Assembly: GCA_043228905.1 (NCBI GenBank)
Contig: JBHGNT010000020.1
Location: forward strand, 6,262,001 to 6,326,000
Direction of reading: 5' to 3'
From: Azolla caroliniana
Lineage: Eukaryota > Plantae > Polypodiophyta
Length of the DNA: 64,000 bases
The translations under genes were made by a program, and so were the position numbers. This document shows, in pieces, positions 1 to 12,290 of this stretch (the stretch's first letter is position 1; every line of letters starts with the position of its first letter). The notes under the pieces are model-generated. The model saw nothing but the letters and a program-made list of their open reading frames with translations, did not search any database and was not told the DNA's origin.

Positions 1-309
1 CGAGTGCGTAAACCGGGAGGTCGTTAGGAAAGATATTCCGTGAGGAATATATTTGGGAATTAGTGTAGGGGTTCTTGATGACCATTGAAGTACTGTTAGT
101 ACTTCGGTCAGTCCTTTTAGGACTTGTATAAAAGTGCTCACTGAGCACGTCTTATGTACAAAGATTGAGTATTATTGTGAAATATAGTTTTTTGTTCTCT
201 CTCTTTCTGTCTCTCCTGCATATACCGTGTAAGCTCAAGCTCTCCATTAAACTTGTGTTTCCTTCCTCTATTCTGTCTTCATACCTGCTTCCGCACACTA
301 CTTTCTACA
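1..309 (+). mobile_element. 3' part of an LTR (TATA/R/U5), cut by the window edge; appears inserted into the adjacent copia LTR
   Basis: TATA-like TTGTATAAAAG near 125-135, then CT/GT-rich R-U5-like sequence ending ...CTTCCGCACACTACTTTCTACA. The exact end is uncertain (297 or 309). Confidence 0.45.
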
Positions 310-1759
310 TCTATTAACAGCCAACCTAAGTCCCTCACCACACAGTTCTCAGTCCTATGGCAAATTTGGGTCTCCCCGATCGATCTTCAACCGATTTGGT
401 TCTCGGCTTCTTCAGCCGCTCGACCCGAGTTGAGCTTGCTCGCTCAACATTATTACTATAATAGGATTGTAGGCCCCTAATGACCTCTCGGAATCCATTA
501 GGCTCGGCTCACCCGAATCGTTCTCTATTCGATTCGGCTCTCGATTTATTCAGCCGATTCGGGCCTAGTCTATCGGTCTTCAACCGATTTGGCCCATGTT
601 GAGCTTGTCTCTCAACACCCCCCCTCAACCTCAACATGAGGTCCCACCATGTCAGCTCTAGCTAGTTCGTCACTCCAACCTCCTTGCCTAGCATCTCGAT
701 GCCTCGTTTGTGCTCGTCGTCCAGTCTGGTCATGCGTCCTACAACCCTTTTGGTCTAGTGCTCGTCGACTCGTCTGGTCCCGTGCAGCTCGACCTCTGTG
801 ATCGGCGTGTCTACTACCCAGGCCCTTCTAAGCTCCTTTGTTGTCGCGGTATTGGTGCCCCTCGATCCGTCACCTCCTCCGTCTCAGTGTCAACTTCAAC
901 TGTTGTCTCGTATGCTTGGTTTGCATGTGACTCGGCTCGTCTGAATCAAACTTCTCGATCAAATTGGTCGTCTCTGATTCGTTCCCTCTCTTGTCCGAAT
1001 TGGTTGTCTCCAATTTGTCCTCCTTCAACAGCTTGACCACATCTGCCCATGTCTTGGTCCTGGCCTTTGCTTGGTGGGATTTGTCCTTCCCAGCTCTACC
1101 GCCTCGAATGGCTTTACCTCCCCTTGGTTCGGTTAACTATGGCATCGGCTCCCTCTTTCGGCCGCTCCTCTCCATGTGGCTAGTCCTTGCTTAGTCGATC
1201 TTCGTCCACCTGTCCATGCGTCCTTGGCTTCTCCAACTGATCCGGACATTCCGACTTCTTTAGTCGTGCCGAAATCAAATTCTTCATCCGATTCGGTTTT
1301 CCGGACTTTGTCTCTCTTTTTCTCGCTTATTCGACTCTTCCCCCTCAAGTTTGGCATGTCAAAATGTTGTAAGCTAAGAATGCTTGAAAAATGTCGCAAC
1401 TTGCCTAGGCCAAGAGGTTTGGTGAAGATATTGGCAACTTGCCGATCAGTCGGAACATACACAAGTTCGACTTCACTGGAGAGGACTCACTCCCGGACGA
1501 AATGATAGTGCGCCTCAATGTGCTTGGTCCGGGCATGGAAGACTGGGTTCTTTGCAAGTTGGATGTTGCTGAGGTTGTTGCAGTATATGGCTGTCAGTTT
1601 GCACGCCTCCACTCACAGATCCTTCAATAGCCGTTTTAGCCAAATGGCTTCACACGTAGTGACAGACGCCCCTCAATACTTAGCCTTAGTGCTCCACAGT
1701 GCCACTGTCGGATGCTTTTTGCTGCTCTAGGTGATCGCAACGCTTCCCAATGAAAACGT
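310..1759 (-). mobile_element. 3' remnant of a Ty1/copia element: decayed RNase H, ~0.7 kb 3' region, PPT and partial 3' LTR (310-617)
   Basis: Minus strand reads TFSLGSVAIT*SSKKHPTVAL...LAKNPVFHARTKHIE...YVPTDRQVANIFTKPL (copia RNase H). PPT TTGAGGGGGGG (618-628) is directly followed by LTR start TGTTGAG at 617. Confidence 0.85.
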
Positions 1760-2096
1760 TGTCGCGGAAATCCGCGCTTACATATCGGATCCGGGCAAGA
1801 TCACCGGGGTCATGGACCGGGAGGGTAGGAATTGCCGAGAACCCGAATCCTCCGGAGCTTGCTACGTCGTCGGCCGGTTCCATCCTGGATATTCTCCAGA
1901 TGTGACTGGTAACCACACGGGAAGTGAGAGAGCTCGCACTCGTCCTTGTTGCCCCTTTCGCCCGTATGTACAAGGGGCCCAAAAGAGGCACGTGGCACGA
2001 CCCGGTTAACCGCGCCCGCGCATACGCACACACACATATCCACACCCGGTTACGACCGGCAGCTCTACACTGGCGACCACGCACGCACCCTATCTC

Positions 2097-5000
2097 TGTT
2101 AGGAAACAGGTCCCTCCGGATGGGAAGTGAGAAGAACAGTGTCGATGAGCAAACGGAAGACCCGGTGAGAACCGGATTACAAGTACCCGGCAAGAGCCAG
2201 ATGGTGAAGACCCGGTGAGAACCGGATGACGAGTACCCGGCAAGAGCCGGATGGTGAAGACCCGGTGAGAACCGGATGACGAGTACCCGGCAAGGAAGGC
2301 CCGGCAAGGAAGGCCCGGTGAGAGCCGGATGACGAGTGCCCGACAAGAGCCAGATGATGCAGGCCCGATGAGAAGTGCTCACCAGATGAAGGGACATATT
2401 CATAAATATGTTTTTGAGAGTCCATCGGGGCTATATTTGTAAATAGCCAAAAAGTCATATTAGTATAAATATGACTTAGGGAAAATTTAGTGTAGTTGTT
2501 GTCATTCTTGTTGGTGCAAGATTAGAGCGCGTAACAGTGTACACACAAAGAGAGAGAGGAAGAGGTCGTTGCCTCTGTTATAACCGCCGCCTGTGGCGAA
2601 GATAGCAAGCTCGAGGTCGTTGTCTCGGTGCTTTACTATTGTATATTCTGATATAGTGATAGTTTGCAGTCTGTGGGCTGTGGGCTGTCGTGGTTTTTCC
2701 CTAGTTTGGGTTTTTCCACGTGAACATCCTGTGTACTCTTCTCTTCACTGTGTTGTGCATTCATTATCCGTTTTCTATGTTTGATTTTAGACTCGGTTGT
2801 GGACGAGTGTTGTGCTTTGGGAGTGTGCATTCCTGTCAAAGTGGTATCAGAGCAAAACAACATAGAAAAATGGACGATTCGTTGGGAAGCATGTTCAAGC
2901 TCACCGGCTCCAACTATTCGGTGTGGAAGTCGAAGATGAGGGACATGCTCGTGGTTAAAGATCTTTGGCTGCCGGTTCAGTTCGGTGACAAGAGACCGAA
3001 AAAAATCGACGCCACAATATGGGAGGTGATGCACATGAAGACAACAGCGTACATACGGTGCTTCATCGACATGAGTCTATACAACAACTTCAATGAAGAG
3101 AGCAAGGCTCATGAGCTCTGGCAGAAGATCGGCATTATGTTTCAAAACAAAAATGTTGTTAATCAGGTTTCGATATTTCGGATGCTAGTAAGACTCCGGT
3201 ACCAAGATGGCTCTAGCATGGCAGAGCACATGAATGCCTTCCAGGGGCTGATCCACCAGGCAACATCATTGGAAGTACCTCTCGCCGATGAGGTACTAGC
3301 ACTACTCATGCTCGGTTCCCTCCCAGATAGCTCGGAGACATTGGTTGTCACTTTGGGCAACGCCGGGCCGGAAGGGAAATGGTTATCCCTAGCAAGAGTG
3401 AAGTCGAGCTTGCTAGATGAGGAGGCGCATCGGAAAGATAAGGATACGAGCTCTGACTCCAAAGCGCTCCTTATCGAATCAGAACGCGGAAGACAAAGGA
3501 ACCGTAGCCCCCAGAACCGGGAAAACTCGGGGACACGGTCAAAGTCAAGGGGGAGGCTTACTTGTTTCTATTGCGGCAAGCCGGGACACTTCCAGAAGAA
3601 CTTTCGGCACTTCCGAAAAGACAAGGAAACCGACGGTACCGATTCGAAGCAAACACCGGACCGGAACGGTAAAGACCGGAGGGGGCCGGACCGGAATGGA
3701 ACGACGACAATCGGGGCAAGTGAAGAAGAGTTGATGCTCATCATCGAGGAGAGTGAGCTAAACCTTGCCGGCGACGAGATGACCTCGGTGGTTGACTCCG
3801 GAGCGTCGTTCCACCTTACCCCGGACCGGAAATGCTTCTCATCCTACTTAGCCAGTGATCACGGCTGTGTCCAGATGGGGAATGAAGGTACATGCCGAAT
3901 TGTCGGCATAGGAGACGTGTGGCTGACAACACCAACCGGATGCAAGATGCTACTGAAGGATGTCCGACACGTTCTGGATGTTCGTCTGAACCTGATATCA
4001 GCCGGTCGGCTAGATGATGATGGCTGCACGGGTAGCATCCGGAACGGTGTTATGAAGTTCAGCAAAGGGAGCCTAATTCTGGCTCGGGCCCGGAAGGTAA
4101 ACACGTTGTACCTAATGAATGCCTGGTTATGTCTAAAGGATGTGAACGTGGCATCCGACACTGCCGGTGAGCTGTGGCACAAAAGGCTGTGTCACATGAG
4201 CGAGAACGGGATGAAGAGGCTTGCAGACGACAACGTCATTCCAGTGAAGAACGTGCACTTGGAGAAGTGCACTAATTGTCTGGCCGGTAAGCAATATCGG
4301 ACCTCCTTCCGACCAAGGCCACCGATGAGACGTAATGCACCACTAGAGTTGGTGCATACTGATGTGTGTCACGTGGACACGAAGTGACATGCAGGATCGC
4401 AGTACTTCGTGACGTGCATAGATGACCACAGCCGGAAGCTGTGGGACACACCGTTGAAGACGAAGGATCAGGTGCTATCCATCTTCAAAGAGCTCCACGC
4501 GAGAGTGGAAAGAGAAACCGGCTAGAAGCTGAAGGCGGGTCGAGCAGATAATGGAGGTGAATACCGGGGGCAGTTCGAGGAGTACTGTCGCTCGAAGGGA
4601 ATCCAGCTCAAATTTACCGTGTTGAACACGCTGGAACTAAACGAGCTGGCCGAGAGGATGAACCGGACCATAATGGAGAGGGTCCGGAGTATGTTGGCGC
4701 ATGCAAAACTATCCAAGAAGTTTGGGCTGAGGCGCTGTCGACGACGACATATGTGATAAACAGATCACCCTCAATACCCTTGGACGGAGACACGCCACAA
4801 AGAGTCTGGACCAGTAAGGAACTGTCCTACCGGCATCTTAAAGTATTCGGGTGTCTTCCGTACGTGCATGTTGCTAAGTACCGGAGAGGAAAGTCGGATC
4901 CAAAGACCCGGCCATGCATATTCCTCGGTTACGGCGACGATGAGTTCGGCTACCGAGTGTGGGACCTGGCCGACAAGAAGGTATTCCGGAGTCGAGATAT

Positions 5001-7362
5001 TATATTCATGGAGGACAAGACGCTCGCCGACTGGGAGTCGGAGAAGAAGATAATGAACTCCGAGTCGACCGGTAAGGATCGATTCTACGATGAGCAGACC
5101 CAACTAGCAAGAGACTGGTTAGAACTCGAGGAACCAGCCATTTACGGTGAGGATATTGAACCGGCAGAAGAAGAAGTACAGGAAGCTGAAACCGGAACCG
5201 GCCAAGACCCCGAATCGGATTCGGATGAGGAGCAAATGGAGGAGCCGGTTACTGAAGCCCAAAGACGGAGATATCCTCTCAGAGAGAGAAGGGCCCCCCG
5301 GAGATTTCCGGATGCAGAACCGAAGAGGGGGAGCCGGAAAGCTTCGAGGAAGTTAAAAGTGACGCCCATAGCCGCAAATGGTTAAGTGCCATCCAGGATG
5401 AGATGGATTCCCTGCATGAGAACCATACGTATGAATTGATGGAGTTGCCGAAAGGAAAGAGGGCACTCCGAAACAAGTGGGTGTACAAGTTGAAACCGGG
5501 AGATGCCGGCAACCCCCGAGATACAAAGCCAGGATCGTGGTCAAGGGATTCCAGCAGAAGAAGGGCGTGGACTTCGACGAGATATTTGCCCCGATAGTAA
5601 AGATGACCTCCATCCGGACGGTGCTGAGTATAGCGGCAAGCATGGACCTCGAGGTAGAGCAGTTGGACGTGAAGACAGCATTCCTTCACAGTGACCTCGA
5701 AGAGGAGATCTACATGCAGCAACCGGAAGGATTCGTGGAGAAAGGGAAGGAGCACCTAGTTTGCCAGTTGAAGAAGAGCCTGTACGGACTAAAGTAGGCT
5801 CCCCGACAATGGTACCGGAAGTTCGACTCCTTCATGACCGATCAAGGGTACCACAAGACATAGGTTGATCACTGCGTGTTTGCGAAGAAGTTCGAAGGAG
5901 GCGACTTCCTGATACTCCTTCTGTACGTGGACGACATGTTGATCGTTGGACGAGACCAAGCCAAAATACGGATGTTGAAGAAAGCTCTCAACTGAACTTT
6001 CACAATGAAAGACTTGGGTTCAGCAAGGCAGATGTTGGGGATGCATATCATCCGGAACCGGCCAACGAAGCAATTGTGGCTGTCACAAGAGAAATACGTG
6101 ACAAAGGTGCTTCAGCGGTTCAACATGTTAGAAGCGAAACCAATCGGATCGACACTCCCAGAAAACTGCAGATTATCTGGTAAGCAAAGCCCGAAGATGA
6201 AAGCAAAGAAGGCTGATATGATGAAGGTTCCATATGCCTCTGCCGTCGGGAGCTTGATGTACGCAATGGTGTGTACCCGACCGGATATAGGATACGCAGT
6301 CAGAGTGGTGAGCCGGTTTATGAGCAATCCCGGCAAGGAGCACTGGAACGCGGTCAAATGGATGCTCCTGTACTTGAAGGGCACTTCGGATATGTGTCTC
6401 CGATTCGGCTCCGGTAAACCTCAACTCGACAGTTTTACCGATTCGGACATGTGGGCTGATGTGGATACCAACCGGTCTACATCCGGGTATGTAATGACAT
6501 ATGCAGGGGGAGCTATTTCGTGGCAGTTGAGGCTGCAGAAGACGGTTGCATTGTCAACCACGAAGGCGGAGTACATGGCGGTTGTGGAAGCCGGCAAGGA
6601 AATATTATGGATGAAGGACTTCATCGGAGAGCTCGGTATCTGGCAAGATGAATACCGGCTCTATTGCGACAATCAAAGTGCCATCCACCTTGCTAAGAAC
6701 GCAGCGTACCATTCCAGGACGAAGCACATCCAACGTAGGTATCACTAGATCCCGGAGCAAGTAGAAGATCGAGAGTTCGCGCTGACGAAGATCCACATGG
6801 CTGAGAAAGGGTCAGATATGCTGACCAAAGTACTGATACCCGACAAGCTGGATGCATGTCAGAAGCAGATCGGACTAGTAAGACATCCCATGCCGGAGTG
6901 AAGGGGGAGTTTGTTAGGAAACAGGTCCCTCCGGATGGGAAGTGAGAAGAACAGTGTCGATGAGCAAACTCGGTCGAGGCCGAATCCGGATGTGGAGTAC
7001 CCAGCAACGGAAGACCCGGTCAGAACCGGATGTGGAGTACCCGGCTACGAAAGACCCGGTGAGAGCCAGATGACGAGCACCCGACAACGGAAGACCCGGT
7101 GAGAACCGGATGATGAGTACCCGGCAAGGAAGGCGCGGTGAGAACCGGATGACGAGTGCCCGGCAAGAGCCGGATGATGCAGGCTCGGTGAGGAGTGCTC
7201 ACCGGATGAAGGGACATATTCGTAAATATGTTTCTGAGAGTCCATCGGGGATATATTTGTAAATAGCCGAAAATTCATATTAGTATAAATATAATTTAGG
7301 GCAAATTTAGTGTAGTTGTTGTTGTCATTCTTGTTGGTGCAAGATTAGAGCGCGTAACAGTG

Positions 7363-7402
<40 letters not shown>

Positions 7403-7671
7403 GAGGTCGTTGCATCTGTTGTAACCGCCGCCTGTGGCGAAGATAGCAAGCTCGAGGTCGTTGCCTTGATGCTTTACTATTGAACATTCTGATATAGTGA
7501 TAGTTTGCAGTCTGTGGGCTGCCGTGGTTTTTCCCTAGTTTGGGTTTTCCACATTAACATCCTGTGTACTCTTCTCTTCACTGTGTCGTGCGTTCATTAT
7601 CCGTTTTCTATGTTTGATTTTAGACTCGGTTGTGGCCGAGTGTTGTGCTTAGGGAGCGTGCATTCCTGTCA
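2097..7671 (+). mobile_element. Full-length, decayed Ty1/copia LTR retrotransposon (Tnt1/Tto1-like), copia-1
   Basis: 5' LTR 2097-2838 and 3' LTR 6912-7671 (both TG...CA). Perfect 5-bp TSD ATCTC (2092-2096 and 7672-7676). PBS TGGTATCAGAGC (tRNA-iMet) 2842-2853. PPT GAGTGAAGGGGGAG near 6896-6909. Confidence 0.97.
2870..6901 (+). pseudogene. copia-1 gag-pol pseudogene (GAG-CCHC-PR-INT-RT-RH) with nonsense mutations and frameshifts
   Basis: ORF pieces 2720-4387, 4753-5385, 5477-5797 and 6005-6748 carry CFYCGKPGH, VVDSGASFH, LWHKRLCH, YKARIVVKGF, QLDVKTAFLH, YVDD (5924-5935) and the RNase H motif LYCDNQSAIHLAKN. Confidence 0.95.
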
Positions 7672-8380
7672 ATCTCGTATCCTACGCTACCCGGAAACAC
7701 GCGCGCGCGCGCGCGACGCTTGCTGCGACGCCAGTTCCACACAGAGAGGAAGAGGGAGCTTGCATCCTAGGTCCGGTCAGGGAGCTCCTAGGCTCGTTCG
7801 TGTGACGGGACCCTCGTGCAGGGCACGCCTCTTCTAGAACGACCATCTCCTGTGCCAAGCCGCCTTCAAGGAGCGCACGGGCTCGCTATACCGAGTTGGG
7901 TCTTGCGCGCCAAGGAGGGAAACCTGACAACAAACCACCTAGCCCGCAGGCTCTTTAGAGGTGACATTAGCCAACACCCACACACACACATACATGCCGG
8001 ACCGTGAGGTACTGAGAACCAACAAGCAAGAACACAGGAAAGGCGTTGACAGTCTGCACGTTGTCGGGGTAGTTGTGGTTCATGCGGCGAAGTCGCAGGG
8101 ACTAAGGTTAAGGGGAGTTGAAGGAACTTAAATTTTAATAAGGCTTGTATGGTGATGTTAGAAAGGTTAAGAATAGCAAGAAGAAGAGTTACGAGTAATG
8201 TGTGTGAGAGAGAGAGACGAGAATAGATAGAAGATAGAGACAATATATTATTCAAGAAGCAAGATAGAGAGAAAGTATGATTTAAGAAACAAGAGTATTT
8301 GATATAAATATGATGTATATTAAAAAGACAATATTTTACCAACTTTACAATCCTTGATCGCAAACTGAACCCATTCTCTA

Positions 8381-8451
8381 CAGACCCTTGATTTGAACCC
8401 ACGACCTCAACTTCGAAACGAGAGGTTCTCCACCCAATGAGCTAATCTTCT
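8381..8451 (-). other. tRNA-derived module (A box and B box) inside LTR B, sense to the LTR
   Basis: Minus strand: TAGCTCATTGG ... CTCGTTTCGAAGTTGAG ... GTGGGTTCAAATC. The acceptor stem is degenerate, so this is not a functional tRNA. Confidence 0.55.
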
Positions 8452-8710
8452 CTACTTGATTGTATTATTTTCTCACTCTCTCTTGATGATCTCTTGTTTT
8501 CCTTGCCCCTCTTTATATAAGTGTTGCCATGCATATGATAATGTATGGGAGCATGGCATGCATGCAATGCATGAGTTACATGTAATGCATGATCGCCATT
8601 TGGCGCACATGTATTGCACGTGATGCATGGTAGCCATCATGCTCACTTGAGCTCCCATGTATGAAAATAGATATGGGATAAGTATAGTGATGAAAATGCA
8701 TTCTAAAATA

Positions 8711-8912
8711 ACTAACCTAGCTTAGTGGTGTATACTTTGTGTTTGGCATACAAGGTTGAGAGTTGAAGTCTCTCAATTTTACTTAATATATAGCTTCATT
8801 CTTATATCATGAAGCACATTTATTACAAACTTTTACAAATAAATAGCCTAGCCTAGTGGTATGTACATTGTATTTCGTATATAAGGATGTGGGTTCAAGT
8901 CTCTCAAATATT
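8711..8912 (+). repeat. Two tandem tRNA-like modules (period ~131 bp) in the U3 of LTR B, antisense to the LTR
   Basis: Copy 1: TAGCTTAGTGG (8718), anticodon arm TTGTG-TTTGGCA-TACAA, T arm GAGAG-TTGAAGT-CTCTC. Copy 2: TAGCCTAGTGGTATG (8849), TTGTA-TTTCGTA-TATAA, GTGGG-TTCAAGT-CTCTC. Confidence 0.65.
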
Positions 8913-11900
8913 ATTAAATACAACATTTAAGCTCATTTTTATATCGTGAAGCACATTCTTCACGACACCCACCCCCTCAGAACTTGCACATTGGTTGTGC
9001 AGAGTTCATCCAACACTTCTTCCGATTCGTTTAGTTCTTCTACTTCTTCTTAAAATTCAGGCTCTAAGGACTCCCTCCTTTTAAATATTTTAATCCTTTT
9101 TCCTGCAATTGGGATACGAATTTCAATCCCATCTAATTCATTGAGGAAATATGTGGCTTTATCTGTTATTTTCCTAACTTCATAAGGTCCAAACCATCTT
9201 TTTGCAAACTTCCGAATAGTACTGTATTGATTATCTAGGCTACTATCATATACTAATACCCAATCTCCCTCTTGCACCTTTCTTGGTCGTATTCTTTTCA
9301 TCTTGTCAAATCTGTCCTTATTCTTGATTCTTGCCTCTTTCAATCTAGTAGTTGTTTTTTCTATGTCTTCTGTCCTTGATTGAAGTTGTCGTATTCGAAC
9401 CGCAAGTAAATCTTCCCTACTCATTTCCGATTCCCAAGGCAACACAACCCATGTAGTTATCTTTTCTTCAATTGGCATTATTGGCTTCTGTCGTGTGATT
9501 AATTCTGCAGGCATTTATCCAGTAACAGTGTTGTGAGTTGTCCTATCAGCCCATAGTGCATAGGGTAAGGTTTTTGGCCAATCACTAACCCATCCTCTAC
9601 ATGCCTTTGCCAAAGCTTTGACTATTGGCCCATGTCCCCTTTCTACCTTTCCATTAGCTTCTAGATTGTACGTCGTTGTCAAAGAAAGCCGAATTCCTAT
9701 TTTGTCGAAAAACTCTTGAGCTTCCGCAGAATTGAGTTCTCCCCTATCTGCCACTATCTTCCCGATACATCCATATCTACAAACAATGTCCTCCAAGATG
9801 AATTGACATACTCCTAATGTCCCTTTTGTTCGCAATGAACGTCCTTCCACTTGATTTGTTAGATCTTCTCTAGCAAGAACCAAGTATCTCTTTTGTCCTA
9901 CTCCAAGTGGCATTGTTACCAAATCTATCATCCACTTGTAATGCACCCCCGGTGAGTATGTTGGGTGTAATTCATCACAAAATTTTACATTTGAATAATA
10001 TTGACAAGTGGGACAAGTTTCCACATACTTTTTTATTTGCTCATAGTATCGAGGCCACCAAAATCGTTCTTTAATCTTACTGAAAGTGGCCCACACTCCT
10101 CGATGACCAGCCCATTCTTTGTCATGTAGCTCTCTGATTATCTCCTTTCTTTGCCCTTCAGAACCTATTACTCTTTGTGGGTTTCCAATCTTGGTTTTTG
10201 GATGTCGCCATAGATATCCTTCATGCAAGAAGAACTTACGAACTTTCTTGCGAAACTGTGCGAACTCTTTTCCAGATCGACCTTTGCACTTGTCAAGGGT
10301 TTGTAGGTATTTCCCTATTTCCTTGAATTCTTCTTCATACTCCTCTTCTAGAAACTGCATTCCTCCTTCCTGGGTAATGCTTGTGGTAAGGATTGTTTGT
10401 TCTTTGTCCTCATCGTCCGAGTCCGGAATCTCCTCTTCCTCATACCTTGCTCTTGATAACATATCTGTTACTGCATTTCTATTCCCAGAGATATGTCGAA
10501 CTTCAGGATTGACTGATCTAATATAGATACACCATCTTAACATGGGTTGATCTGGAATATCACAATTAGCTATGATACCCAGAATAGGCAAACAATATGT
10601 TTCTTTTATTACTTCAGCGCCAATTAAGTAATCTCTATCTATCTTTACAGTTGTTACTATCCCCCATAGCTCTCTTTTCACCTGTGCATATTTTATTTGT
10701 CGACCACTAAGAACCTTTGCCCCGAATCGGACTGGATACCTTTCTTCCCTATCTTGTTGGCTTATCACCCATCCAATTCCAATGGGACTAGAGTCTACAG
10801 TGAGATATATGGGCCGAGTGTAGTCTGGTTGCTTTAAGGGTGGAGCTTGTGCCAAGTAGTACTTCAATTTCTTCATTGCCTCTGAATGCTCTTCACTCCA
10901 TTCAAATTTCTCTCCTTTTCTTAGGAGTTTATATAAAGGTTCAGATAAATGGGCATAATGCAGAATCCATTTACAGTAAAAAACACATACCCCTAGAAAC
11001 CTTCGTACTTCTGAGATGGATGTACATTCCTCTTGCATATTTTGAATTGCATTGACCTTGGTTGGGGATGGCTTTCTCCCGTACGGGCCACACATATGAC
11101 CAACTATTAATATCTCTTTTGCCCCAAATATTGACTTCGCCCTGATAAGGTCAAATGCATTTCTTCCATCCTTGATAGCACCTTCTCACAATCCTTGATA
11201 TGATCGGCAACGAATTGACAGCAACCACTTCCGTTCAATTCCTCGTTCTTCTCTTTCTCCTCGCATCCCTTAATTGGAACATCATCTAAAAAAGGCATTG
11301 TAATATGAGGAATAAAATCACGAAGTACCTTGTTCATTCCATTCATCATATGCGCCACTGAGTTGGTCGCTCCTTGCAGCAAGGTGCACATCCGTACTAA
11401 CCCTATAGGTGTCTTGATAGAAGTTATATCTCGACTTTTGATAGCAAGTTGAAATTGATCATACCCGGAATAAAGGTCTCCCATTGAATATATAGCTCTT
11501 CCTGCAAACATCTCAACAAACTCATCCACAATTGGCCCTACTCCCGAGTTTCGGATTGTTACCTTATTCACGGGTTGCATATCTTGGATAAATCGGAGTC
11601 GCCCATCTTTCTTTAACACAGTGAACCATCAACTCGAGTAAGGATCGTTCGATGGTTCCAAGATACCCATCCTTATCTTTTCTTTCAAAAGTTCTAACAG
11701 TTGAGGGATTCTAGCCCTAGGCATGGGTATTGGCTTAAAGTTCCATGGAATATAAGGGATAGTGAATATAACCATGGGCTCCACAATTTCTGGATCCACA
11801 CACCCTATTTCCTCCGGTTGGAATGCGAACGCCTTTCCATGCCTTTTTAACACCTGCTTGAATTGCTTTTCTTCAGCGGGTAATAGGAAGTCACCCCCTC

Positions 11901-12290
11901 CTATTTTCATCCCTTGTATTGTTTCCGGAGTAAACACATGTCCTACCTTTCGTGGGTCTCTGATCATTGGCTTTGCAGCTGCTTCTTTGATTGCCCTTTC
12001 ACTATCCCCTGGAAGTGGAGCAGCAATAGGACGAACCTTCTTCTCCATTGTCTTGTTCTTTGTCATCACATATGCCTCATGATCCTTTCGAGCAACTTCT
12101 TCAATGACCTCGTACATCTTGATAGAATGGACAGGAACGTGAATTTCTTCCTCGTTCTCCATTGCTTCCAAATGACTTATTGTATCTTCGAAACTGAATT
12201 CTTCAAACATATCCTGAATTTCTTCATCATTATCTATTAATCCAGAATACTTAAAGTACTCGAAAGTATTTTGTATTTTATTATTTTCTT

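Larger units (their letters stand above)
1760..8057 (-). mobile_element. U5-side LTR fragment of the Ylt1-like gypsy family (LTR A), split into 1760-2096 and 7677-8057 by a copia insertion
   Basis: 1760 TGTCGCGGAAATCCGCG...GGGCAAGATCACCGGGGTCATGGACC aligns with the reverse complement of the LTR end at 39838 (TGTCGAGGAAATCCTC...GGGCAGGACCACAGGGGTCTTGAACC). It interrupts the copia RNase H at ACGT (1756-1759). Confidence 0.7.
8062..12290 (-). mobile_element. 5'-truncated Ty3/gypsy element of a Ylt1-like (fungal-style) family (element B): RT-RH-INT, PPT, 3' LTR 8062-8967
   Basis: ORFs 11629-12210, 11107-11619 (YSMGDLYSGYDQ, QGATNS, PFLDDVPIKG), 9515-11095 (RH DSSPIGIG, HHCC zinc finger, integrase core) and 9050-9514 (WFGPY). 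PPT GAGGGGGTGGG then TGTCGTGAAG at 8967; LTR ends CCCGACA at 8062. Confidence 0.9.

Noticed and set aside
2071-2080. TGGCGACCAC after ...CTACA-C, identical to element G's PBS
   Set aside because: The surrounding DNA aligns as the minus-strand U5 of the Ylt1-like LTR, and no gag follows. A 10-mer match is plausible by chance.
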